DNA of 64,000 bases. Source: Candidatus Zhuqueibacterota bacterium. GTDB lineage: Bacteria; Zhuqueibacterota; JdFR-76; DREG01. This document shows, piece after piece, positions 54,915-63,221 of the stretch. The notes beneath the pieces are model-generated. The model searched no databases. It worked only from the letters and a program-made list of their open reading frames with translations, and had not been told where the DNA came from. The stretch's first letter is position 1; every line of letters begins with the position of its first letter. The position numbers and the translations under genes are program-made. The stretch lies in contig JADFJB010000004.1 of assembly GCA_022566355.1 (NCBI GenBank), forward strand, positions 15,668 through 79,667, given 5' to 3'.

Positions 54915-55917
54915 TATTTCCGCCAATCATGATGGTGAATTAGAACGAGCTAAGATGCTGGTTCACCTTGCAGCAGAATCCGGAGCAGATGCAGCTAAGT
55001 TTCAAAATTTTCAAGCGGCAAAAATTGTTAGTAAAGTAGGTTTTGAATCTCTGAATGGCCAACTGTCACATCAATCAAAATGGAAGAAATCTGTTTTTGA
55101 AGTGTATCAGAATGCAAGTATTCCATGGAAATGGACAGAGCCGTTAAAGGCTGAGTGTGCAAAAGCAGGAATCGAATACTTTTCAACGCCATACGATTTT
55201 GAAACGGTTGACATGTTGGATCCTTTTGTCCAGGCTTTTAAAATTGGATCGGGAGATATTACATGGCTTGAGATGCTTCGAAAAGTAGCAGAAAAGGGCA
55301 AACCGATTCTTCTAGCTACCGGGGCATCCGATATGAAAGATGTTCAACGAGCAGTTCGAGAAATTATTAACATCAACTCACAATTGGTATTAATGCAATG
55401 CAATACCAATTATACTGGTAGTTCAGAGAACTTCAAACATATTCATCTGAATGTCCTGAAAAATTACAGCGCCCTCTTCCCTGGGTTGCTATTGGGTCTT
55501 TCAGATCATACATCTGGACATGCTACGGTTTTAGGAGCAGTGGCATTGGGGGCACGAGTCATTGAAAAACATTTCACAGATGACATCAAAAGAGAAGGTC
55601 CGGATCATCCGTTCTCAATGACGCGAGATGCATGGCGAGAAATGGTTGACCGCACTCGCGAATTGGAATATGCTCTTGGAGATACAGATAAAAGAGTCGT
55701 CGAGAATGAGGGAGACACAGTTGTAGTCCAGCGTAGATGTTTGCGGGCATCGGGAGATTTAGAGCAGGGTTCAATCCTGGAGCGTAGTGCCTTTGATGTT
55801 TTACGTCCGGCTCCAAGAGATGCAGTCTTCCCGTATGATATCGACCAGGTACTTGGCAAACCATTAAATGTAACGCTAAAAAAGGGAGAACACATCACCT
55901 GGGAAATGATCGAGTGA
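54850..55917 (+). CDS. Nonulosonic acid synthase (NeuB/PseI/SpsE family)
   Basis: KIGKREIGLNQQTYFIADISANHDGELERAKMLVHLAAESGADAAKFQ, SDHTSGH and a C-terminal SAF-type domain. The start may be ATG 54859. Confidence 0.9.
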   Translation: MPVMKIGKREIGLNQQTYFIADISANHDGELERAKMLVHLAAESGADAAKFQNFQAAKIVSKVGFESLNGQLSHQSKWKKSVFEVYQNASIPWKWTEPLKAECAKAGIEYFSTPYDFETVDMLDPFVQAFKIGSGDITWLEMLRKVAEKGKPILLATGASDMKDVQRAVREIININSQLVLMQCNTNYTGSSENFKHIHLNVLKNYSALFPGLLLGLSDHTSGHATVLGAVALGARVIEKHFTDDIKREGPDHPFSMTRDAWREMVDRTRELEYALGDTDKRVVENEGDTVVVQRRCLRASGDLEQGSILERSAFDVLRPAPRDAVFPYDIDQVLGKPLNVTLKKGEHITWEMIE

Positions 55918-55945
55918 TTGCAGGTTGCTTTAGGAATTCATTTTA

Positions 55946-57064
55946 GTGCGGTTATTATATTTTAGCCGGGATTATACTACCCATGATTACCGTTTCTTAT
56001 CCAAGCTTGCTGGTTCAAATCATGAAGTATTTTATTTACGCTTAGAAAACGGTAAAATCCTATATGAGCAACGAGCATTGCCAAAAGTGATTCACTCTGT
56101 AGATTGGCCAGGAGGAAAGGAAAACGAAAGCTCGCCTGATTCGTGGTTAAAACTCTTAGCAAATTTTGAATCTGTTTTATCCGATATTCAACCAGATTTA
56201 ATTCATGCTGGTCCTGTGCAGACTTGTGGCTACTTAACAGCTACAGTGGATTTTCATCCATTTATGTTGGCATCCTGGGGATCGGATATTTTAGTCGATG
56301 CTGAGCTAGATGAAAAATTGGGCCAGATCACAAGCTATACCCTGGAACGATCTGATATGCTTTTATGTGATTGTCAGGCTGTGAGAAATAAAGTTCAGCA
56401 ATTGATCACTTACACGGATGATCGTATTGTTCAATTTCCCTGGGGCGTTGACTTAAACCAGTTCAGGCAAATGCCTGGTTCGACTGAATTTCGAAAAAAG
56501 CTAGGGTGGGAAGATGACTTTATTATCCTTTCAACTCGTTCCTGGGAGCAAATCTATGGGATCGATGTGGTTTTACAATGCTTCCGGCAGGCTTATTTTC
56601 GGAATAGTAATTTAAGACTGTTGCTGCTCGGTGAAGGTTCACAAGCTGGTAAAATTAAAAAATACATAAATCAACATGATCTCAGTAAAGTAATTTCTTG
56701 TCCGGGAATAGTTCCCGAAAAGTTATTACCCGAGTATTTTAGTGCAGCGGATTTATATTTAACTTGCTCGCAAAGTGACGGTACGTCAATTTCTTTGTTG
56801 CAGGCTCTGGCAACAGGTCTACCTGTAGTGGCCACTGACATCCCGGGGAATCGGGAATGGATTCAACCTGACAGGAATGGCTGGCTCGCACCTTCGAATG
56901 ATTGGGAATCATTTGCAAATATTATTCATCTTTCTTCTAAATTGAGTCCAATCGAACGAAACCAAATTGCTGAAATTAATCGACAAATAGCAACCGAACG
57001 GGCAAATTGGGATGTTAATTTCAATAAGCTTTTAGTCGCTTATGATCGACTTCTCCCTAATTAA
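55946..57064 (+). CDS. Glycosyltransferase, GT-B fold (GT4 family-like)
   Basis: The C-terminal half, with SQSDGTSISLLQALATGLPVVATDIPGNREWI, matches the GT4 E-x7-E region pattern. GTG start. Confidence 0.8.
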   Translation: MRLLYFSRDYTTHDYRFLSKLAGSNHEVFYLRLENGKILYEQRALPKVIHSVDWPGGKENESSPDSWLKLLANFESVLSDIQPDLIHAGPVQTCGYLTATVDFHPFMLASWGSDILVDAELDEKLGQITSYTLERSDMLLCDCQAVRNKVQQLITYTDDRIVQFPWGVDLNQFRQMPGSTEFRKKLGWEDDFIILSTRSWEQIYGIDVVLQCFRQAYFRNSNLRLLLLGEGSQAGKIKKYINQHDLSKVISCPGIVPEKLLPEYFSAADLYLTCSQSDGTSISLLQALATGLPVVATDIPGNREWIQPDRNGWLAPSNDWESFANIIHLSSKLSPIERNQIAEINRQIATERANWDVNFNKLLVAYDRLLPN

Positions 57065-57985
57065 GTGTTCTACAAACTGCCAATGAAGACAGAAAATCGA
57101 AATAATTCTTTACCCATTTCCGCCATTGTGTGTACTCTCAACGAAGAAAATAATATTGTAGAATGCCTGACCTCGATTGAAAAGAATAAGCCCTCTGAAA
57201 TAATAGTAATAGATGGAAGTAGTGAGGATAGAACCGTTGAAAAAGCAACTGAAATGGGAGTGAAAGTTTCGGTTTGTGAAAGAAAAGGTTTAGCCTACCA
57301 GAGGTACATTGGTGCTGAAATCGCACAACAGCCATATATAGCCTTTATAGATGCCGATGATGTTCTGGATTCGGATTGTTTAAAAAATTTGATGGAGAAT
57401 TTGCAAAACTATGAATGCTCTGTTGTCCAGGCAATTTCACGTTCCTATTCATCTTCAACTTATTGGGAACGGGCAATGGAGTCGTTGAACCACCTGCGAT
57501 CCAGAAAGCCCGGACCCACCAATATGGTTGGTCGGCCGGCTCTTTATCGCAAAGACGTACTGATGCAGGTTGGTATTGATAAATATTGGGGCAGGATCGG
57601 AAATGAAGACACTGACCTTGCCATCCGTTTCGAGAAACAGAATCAGAAGATGCGAATAGGAGACGGCTATTCAGCAAGAAAGCATTCTAAGACTTTAAAA
57701 GAATGGCTGCATAAATGGGCAAAATATGGCAAGGGTGATGCAAAACTGATTATAAAGTATCCGGATAAAAGAACATCTATTTTTCATCATCAATTGATTC
57801 ACTATCCATTTAAACTTTCGTTTGAAGCTGTAAAAAAGGGCTATGGAAAGTATGTGCCTTTCTACGTTCTGTTTGGCCTGGTAAGATTTGTTATTATGAT
57901 AGCTCGATTGATTCAATTGAAATGGGAACAGCTGACTTTGAAAACTTCAGGATTTCGAAAACAATTTATTAAAACCTCGCATTAA
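57065..57985 (+). CDS. Glycosyltransferase family 2
   Basis: ISAIVCTLNEENNIVECLTSI...IIVIDGSSEDRT...FIDADDVL (DxD) is a GT2 pattern. GTG start. Confidence 0.8.
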   Translation: MFYKLPMKTENRNNSLPISAIVCTLNEENNIVECLTSIEKNKPSEIIVIDGSSEDRTVEKATEMGVKVSVCERKGLAYQRYIGAEIAQQPYIAFIDADDVLDSDCLKNLMENLQNYECSVVQAISRSYSSSTYWERAMESLNHLRSRKPGPTNMVGRPALYRKDVLMQVGIDKYWGRIGNEDTDLAIRFEKQNQKMRIGDGYSARKHSKTLKEWLHKWAKYGKGDAKLIIKYPDKRTSIFHHQLIHYPFKLSFEAVKKGYGKYVPFYVLFGLVRFVIMIARLIQLKWEQLTLKTSGFRKQFIKTSH

Positions 57986-58002
57986 GGTTTTTTGGAGGAA
58001 AT

Positions 58003-59577
58003 ATGGCAAGAATTGCGTTTGTTGACAATATGGGAGTGGAGAAACTCGGTATCTTGTATTTAAGCTCGGTCTTAAAACAAGAAGGTCACCAGGTGGATGT
58101 TTTCTTAGAACCCTTTGAGCCTGATTTCATCGATGCATTAAAATCCTTTCAACCGGATTTTGTCGGTTTTGGATCATTTATCGGCCAAGAATCCGAAGTC
58201 GTAAATATTTTTTCCAGGATAAAATCTTCATTAAATAATGTGATCACAATTCAGGGTGGACCTTCAACAACAATCTATTCTGATCTCATCTATCATCCAT
58301 CTGTAGATTTTGTACTAAAAGGCGATGGTGAAGAAACATTGCTTGAACTGATTCATGGAGTTGAAACGAATGCAGATTTGTCCATTATTCCAGGCTTATT
58401 CTGGAAAGAGAACGGTTATATTCATGAGAATTCCGGGGCCCCGCTGGTTACAAATTTTGATGATTATCCTCCGGCTGATCGGGATTTACATATGAAGTAC
58501 TCACACTTGCGCCATAGCCGGACAAAGCCATTTTTGATGACCAGAGGCTGTCCTTATCCCTGTACATTCTGCGGGACGGCAACATTGAATAAAATTTACA
58601 AAAAGGAAAAAGGTGGTCCTCATTTTCGCTATGGCGTTGGTGAGCGCACTATTGCAGAACTTGAATATGTTAAAGAGAATTACGGACTCGAATGGGTGCA
58701 ATTCCATGATGCTACTTTTAATGCAAATCGTAAATTTGTTATGGAATTTTTGGAATTATATATCTCAAAAAAAATGCCGCCATTTATTTGTAATATAAGG
58801 TCTGAGAATATAAAAGAAGAAGTTGTGAAACTTCTCAAAGAAGCAGGTTGCGATCGCGTTACCATGGGGATACAGAGTGGCAATGAGCACATCCGAAAAA
58901 CGCTGTCTGCAAGGAGGACACAAACTGATGAGAATATATTCTATGCCTGCAGCGTGTTGAAGAAATATGGCATTCGCGTTCACATTGATTTGATTTTTGG
59001 CTGGCCTGGTGAAAAAATCGAGCAAGGCTGGGAAACAATCGATTTGGCAAGAAAGATCAAAGTCTATAAAGTAAATAGAAATGTGATGATCTATTATCCG
59101 GATTCACCCATTACCGAATATGCTTACAAAAATAAATTTTTAGAAAAATTCCCGGATGTATTTGATGTTCCCAAGTTGGCAAACCCATTCGTCTCACCAT
59201 TACTAAATACCCCGGACATTAATAAACTGATCAACCTGGATAAATTAGCTCATTATTTCATTAATAGCCGTGTACTCTCCTTTCGCCCTACTAGAAATAT
59301 CTTATTAAACGTCAAACCTAACAGGTTGTATTATTTTCTCAAAAATCTACCTGCACTAAAAGTTGCACTGATTTATGATGCAAGGAATTTCAAAGAAAAA
59401 GTGCGAATGATTTATGGTTACATAAAGTCAATTATAAATATAAAATGCAATCAGATAAAAGAGGAAGCAAAAGCCAATAAAGCTCGAGAGGAAGTTGCAC
59501 TCTATAAGAGTATAGCAATGAGTTATCATTCTGAAAAAAAAGAGACAGGTTCAGTTCAAATAGCAGCCTATGATTAA
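58003..59577 (+). CDS. B12-binding domain radical SAM enzyme
   Basis: N-terminal cobalamin-binding-like fold (RIAFVDNMGVEKLGILYLSSVLKQEGHQVDVF). Radical SAM cluster motif RGCPYPCTFCG (CxxxCxxC). 524 aa. Confidence 0.85.
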   Translation: MARIAFVDNMGVEKLGILYLSSVLKQEGHQVDVFLEPFEPDFIDALKSFQPDFVGFGSFIGQESEVVNIFSRIKSSLNNVITIQGGPSTTIYSDLIYHPSVDFVLKGDGEETLLELIHGVETNADLSIIPGLFWKENGYIHENSGAPLVTNFDDYPPADRDLHMKYSHLRHSRTKPFLMTRGCPYPCTFCGTATLNKIYKKEKGGPHFRYGVGERTIAELEYVKENYGLEWVQFHDATFNANRKFVMEFLELYISKKMPPFICNIRSENIKEEVVKLLKEAGCDRVTMGIQSGNEHIRKTLSARRTQTDENIFYACSVLKKYGIRVHIDLIFGWPGEKIEQGWETIDLARKIKVYKVNRNVMIYYPDSPITEYAYKNKFLEKFPDVFDVPKLANPFVSPLLNTPDINKLINLDKLAHYFINSRVLSFRPTRNILLNVKPNRLYYFLKNLPALKVALIYDARNFKEKVRMIYGYIKSIINIKCNQIKEEAKANKAREEVALYKSIAMSYHSEKKETGSVQIAAYD

Positions 59578-59607
59578 TAGGAAAATAATAATTAGTATCA
59601 TCAAGTC

Positions 59608-60771
59608 GTGCGGAGTTATGGTGTTAGTGTGTTAGTTTCAAATAAAAAACATATTGAATCATGTCCTATTTGTAGTAGTCCTGATCAAAAAGAAATTATA
59701 GACAGGGTATTGATTCTTTCTAATGAAGAACAAGCCCCATATAGATTAAAAATAGTTCGATGTGGCTACTGCCAACATGTATACCAAAACTATGTTTGGA
59801 ATGAAGAGCAATTAAAGCAATATTACTTTTCAGGCCCAGCCTATTATCGTCCAGATTATTCACACAATATTCCTTCAACTTCCTTAATTCGGTTTGATTC
59901 TGTAATGGAAGATATTAAACCATTCCTGATACAGGATTGTCTGCATTTGGATGTAGGGGGTTATGCTGGCCACTTTTCTTATTATTTGTCGAATCATGTA
60001 AAAGAATCTCATTGCCTTGATGTTAGCAGTTATTTACCAACAGGCTCATCAAAAAATGTGAAAATAATCAAAGATTCTTTGTTTGAATATGCTTGCAAAA
60101 GTGATGAACAATATGATTTTATTAGCCTAAATCATACTCTCGAACATTTAACGGATTTACAATCAGTAAAAAATGCATTATCGAAACTTTTAAAACCAAA
60201 TGGCTATTTATTGATCGAAGTCCCCGATAATTTAGAAATGACTGAATCGATATTAGATTATACTTTGGACCATACACAGTATTTTACTGGACATAGCTTG
60301 TTTGAATTTTTGGATGATAAATTTTATATTAGGACATTCAGGCATTTTAAATATAACAAAACTGTTGATGTGGGGAAGGGCTTTATGTATAGAGTTTTAG
60401 CTCAACAGAAAGTTGAGCAACTAGCTTATTCACCACAAAAGAAACAGAAATATGTGGAGCGAATTATTGAGAAAATTGAAAATCGAATCAACAATAATTC
60501 AAGAATTTATGTCTGGGGGTCTGGGTACCATACACGACTGCTGTTTTCATTGTCGAAAGTCATTCATCAAAAGACATGTTATCTAATCGACTCTGATCCA
60601 ACAAGAGAAGGTAGAATCGCGTTTGGGAAAAAGATTGTTCATCCGTCAAAATTAACTTATCAAAAGAATGTTCCTTTGCTGATTTCATCGTTTGCTTACA
60701 GACAGGAAATTGGAGACCTGGCCAGATCATTTTTTTCAGCTGAGTCTATTATCAACCCTTATGAGATTTGA
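59608..60771 (+). CDS. Class I SAM-dependent methyltransferase with N-terminal zinc ribbon and C-methyltransferase-like C-terminal domain
   Basis: CPICSS...CGYCQHVY zinc ribbon. SAM motif LDVGGYAGHF, then LKPNGYLLIEVP. C-terminal domain of about 110 aa, as in NDP-hexose C-methyltransferases (TylC3-type). Confidence 0.7.
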   Translation: MRSYGVSVLVSNKKHIESCPICSSPDQKEIIDRVLILSNEEQAPYRLKIVRCGYCQHVYQNYVWNEEQLKQYYFSGPAYYRPDYSHNIPSTSLIRFDSVMEDIKPFLIQDCLHLDVGGYAGHFSYYLSNHVKESHCLDVSSYLPTGSSKNVKIIKDSLFEYACKSDEQYDFISLNHTLEHLTDLQSVKNALSKLLKPNGYLLIEVPDNLEMTESILDYTLDHTQYFTGHSLFEFLDDKFYIRTFRHFKYNKTVDVGKGFMYRVLAQQKVEQLAYSPQKKQKYVERIIEKIENRINNNSRIYVWGSGYHTRLLFSLSKVIHQKTCYLIDSDPTREGRIAFGKKIVHPSKLTYQKNVPLLISSFAYRQEIGDLARSFFSAESIINPYEI

Positions 60772-60799
60772 CATTATTAATGCAAATTAGAATTAATCA

Positions 60800-61774
60800 A
60801 TGCGTATAGCCTTATTAGGTTGTGGCTCAATAGGTCGCCGACATTTAAGAAATTTGAGGAGTCTAGATAAAACGGATTTAGTTGCCTATGATCCATCTAC
60901 AAAGGTTCAAAACGTCATAGAACAGGAATTTGGTGTTTCTGTATATCATTCTCTTGATCACGTTTGGGACCAACGTCCGGACGTCGTTCTGGTTAATTCT
61001 CCGCCTAATCACCATCTTGATGTAGGATTAGCGGCTGCAAAAAATGGTTGTCATTTATTCATTGAAAAGCCATTGGCTCATACTTTAGTAGGTTTAGATG
61101 ATCTCATTAAAGAAGTAAGAAACCGTCAATTGATCAACATGGTCGCGTGTAATATGCGTTTTCATCCCGGACCTGCTATGATAAAAAAGCTTCTTGATGA
61201 AAATGCAATAGGGGATGTGATCTCAGCCCGTCTACAGTTTAGTTCTTATTTACCAAATTGGCGTCCATGGCAAGATTACAGAAAAAGTTATAGCGCTTCA
61301 AGTGAGTGGGGGGGAGCCATTTTGGATTGTATACATGAAATTGATTTAGCGCTGTGGTACTTCGGAGCAGGGAAAGTTGCAGCGGCTGTATATTTACCGG
61401 CTAAGGCTATAGGATTGGATACCGACGGACTGGCGGAGATAATTCTTCGCCATGAATCTGGTGTCCTGAGCAATGTACACGTTAATTTTGTACAAAGAGA
61501 TTATAATAGAAACTGCCAAATAGTTGGTTCGGAAGGGACCATTTATTGGGACTTCAATAATCGCAATGTCTTGGTTTATGGCTCAGATGGAAAAGTAAAG
61601 GATACTTACAATGAACCTGAAAATTGGCAATTAAATGATATGTATATCGATGAACTCCAACATTTTTTGTACCATGTTCAACATGGCGGTGAGCCTAATA
61701 ATCCCATCCAGGAAGGATTATCAACATTAAAGATTGCTCTTTCAGCAAGAGAAATGAATTGTAGGCTTTCATAA
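60800..61774 (+). CDS. Gfo/Idh/MocA family NAD(P)-dependent oxidoreductase
   Basis: MRIALLGCGSIGRRH Rossmann start and HLFIEKPLA motif. 324 aa. Confidence 0.85.
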   Translation: MRIALLGCGSIGRRHLRNLRSLDKTDLVAYDPSTKVQNVIEQEFGVSVYHSLDHVWDQRPDVVLVNSPPNHHLDVGLAAAKNGCHLFIEKPLAHTLVGLDDLIKEVRNRQLINMVACNMRFHPGPAMIKKLLDENAIGDVISARLQFSSYLPNWRPWQDYRKSYSASSEWGGAILDCIHEIDLALWYFGAGKVAAAVYLPAKAIGLDTDGLAEIILRHESGVLSNVHVNFVQRDYNRNCQIVGSEGTIYWDFNNRNVLVYGSDGKVKDTYNEPENWQLNDMYIDELQHFLYHVQHGGEPNNPIQEGLSTLKIALSAREMNCRLS

Positions 61775-62749
61775 ATGGCATTTTTGAGTGAAAAAAACTT
61801 GAAAGAGAAAATGCAAACTGAAACAACCCAATCGCAAGACAACTATATTTTAGCAGGTGAAAAATACCTCATTAATGGCGATCTGCACAAGGCCAAAGAG
61901 TGCTTTAAATGGGCTTTGTATGAGAATCCAGGTGATATAACTGCTTTAAACAATTTCAATGTTGTGTCTGAACAGATTCGAAAATCGCAAACATTTCCAC
62001 CTATTTTGATTGCCACAATTCCAAAATCCGGTACTGTATTTATTGCAAGTTCTTTGCGCAATGGCTTAGGAATCGTTGCCAAAATGGAACCCATCGAAAA
62101 AATGATTACTACCGGAGAATTGCAAATCATCGGTGGGCGATTCCCTGATATCAGTATTAATTATTCTTTACTCCAAAAATTATCTTTATCAAAAAATGGG
62201 GCAATCAGTATTTCTCATCTACCTCCAACAAATTATAATTCTTTAATGGTAAATAGCTCTCTGGAAAAAATGGTTGTGAATATTCGTGACCCGCGTCAGG
62301 TCATTTTATCGAACACGCACCATATTAATGCACTCAAGAAAAAAGAGCCATTTATTGTCGCCACTTATCATTTTCCTAAGGATTATTTTGATTTGCCACT
62401 GATAAATCAGGTTGACTACCAAATTGAGAATTGGTTACCCGTTTTCATAAACTGGGTAGAGGGTTGGCTTGATGTAAGTGAAGATCCAAGATTACAATTA
62501 GATATTCTATTCACACATTTTGAGGATATGAAAAACGAACCTCAAATATTTTTCAGGTCGATTTTAGAATTCTACGGCATTTCAAAATGTGATTTCAAAT
62601 GGCCTCTTAAACCCAAAGCAGGACAGTTACATTTTCGCAAAGGCTGTATCGATGAATGGCGTCTAGTGTTCACACCTGAGCAAGAACGAAAAGCCTCTGA
62701 TATGATTTCGGACCGTCTGTATGAAAAATTTGGGTGGGTGCGGGGATAA
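61775..62749 (+). CDS. Sulfotransferase-domain protein with TPR-like N-terminus
   Basis: 5'-PSB-like motif IATIPKSGTVFI and 3'-PB-like motif NIRDPRQVILS. N-terminal TPR-like GEKYLINGDLHKAKECFKWALYENPGD. Confidence 0.7.
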   Translation: MAFLSEKNLKEKMQTETTQSQDNYILAGEKYLINGDLHKAKECFKWALYENPGDITALNNFNVVSEQIRKSQTFPPILIATIPKSGTVFIASSLRNGLGIVAKMEPIEKMITTGELQIIGGRFPDISINYSLLQKLSLSKNGAISISHLPPTNYNSLMVNSSLEKMVVNIRDPRQVILSNTHHINALKKKEPFIVATYHFPKDYFDLPLINQVDYQIENWLPVFINWVEGWLDVSEDPRLQLDILFTHFEDMKNEPQIFFRSILEFYGISKCDFKWPLKPKAGQLHFRKGCIDEWRLVFTPEQERKASDMISDRLYEKFGWVRG

Positions 62750-62780
62750 CCGATCAAACTGTATTAATGAGAAAAAAGTT

Positions 62781-63221
62781 ATGAAATCAACCAAAATTCA
62801 AGGCGCTACTTCTAACCCTGGAAGTGTGGATATTATTGCAATTCGTCCTGCCGTTGAAGGGACTTATATTTCAATACAATGTAGAAGTTGTAGCAACCCT
62901 TTTACGAGTTACCAGCCGACAGTTGCCGGTGTTGCCATTGGTGAGCATAAGTGTCCTAATTGCCAGGAAGTCCATAAAGTTGTCCCGGATGATTTTGATT
63001 CAGCGCTCGATAATATTATACCAGTCAAAAGTTTTGACCAAATAAAGCAACACATCGAAGAAGCCTCTACTATTGCTGAATCCTGGTATCGAATTGAAGG
63101 AATATCACAATTTTTGACACATTGCGGACTTAACCTGGGGCAACCAGCCGAACGTGGATTATTGCCTGTTATCTCGCAGGGGCTGGACAAGGCAAAATCC
63201 AATATGGGGAGCAAAGAATGA
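62781..63221 (+). CDS. Hypothetical zinc-ribbon protein
   Basis: CRSC...x24...CPNC four-Cys pattern. No recognised family. The start is uncertain (ORF opens at 62721, internal ATG at 62781). Confidence 0.4.
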   Translation: MKSTKIQGATSNPGSVDIIAIRPAVEGTYISIQCRSCSNPFTSYQPTVAGVAIGEHKCPNCQEVHKVVPDDFDSALDNIIPVKSFDQIKQHIEEASTIAESWYRIEGISQFLTHCGLNLGQPAERGLLPVISQGLDKAKSNMGSKE

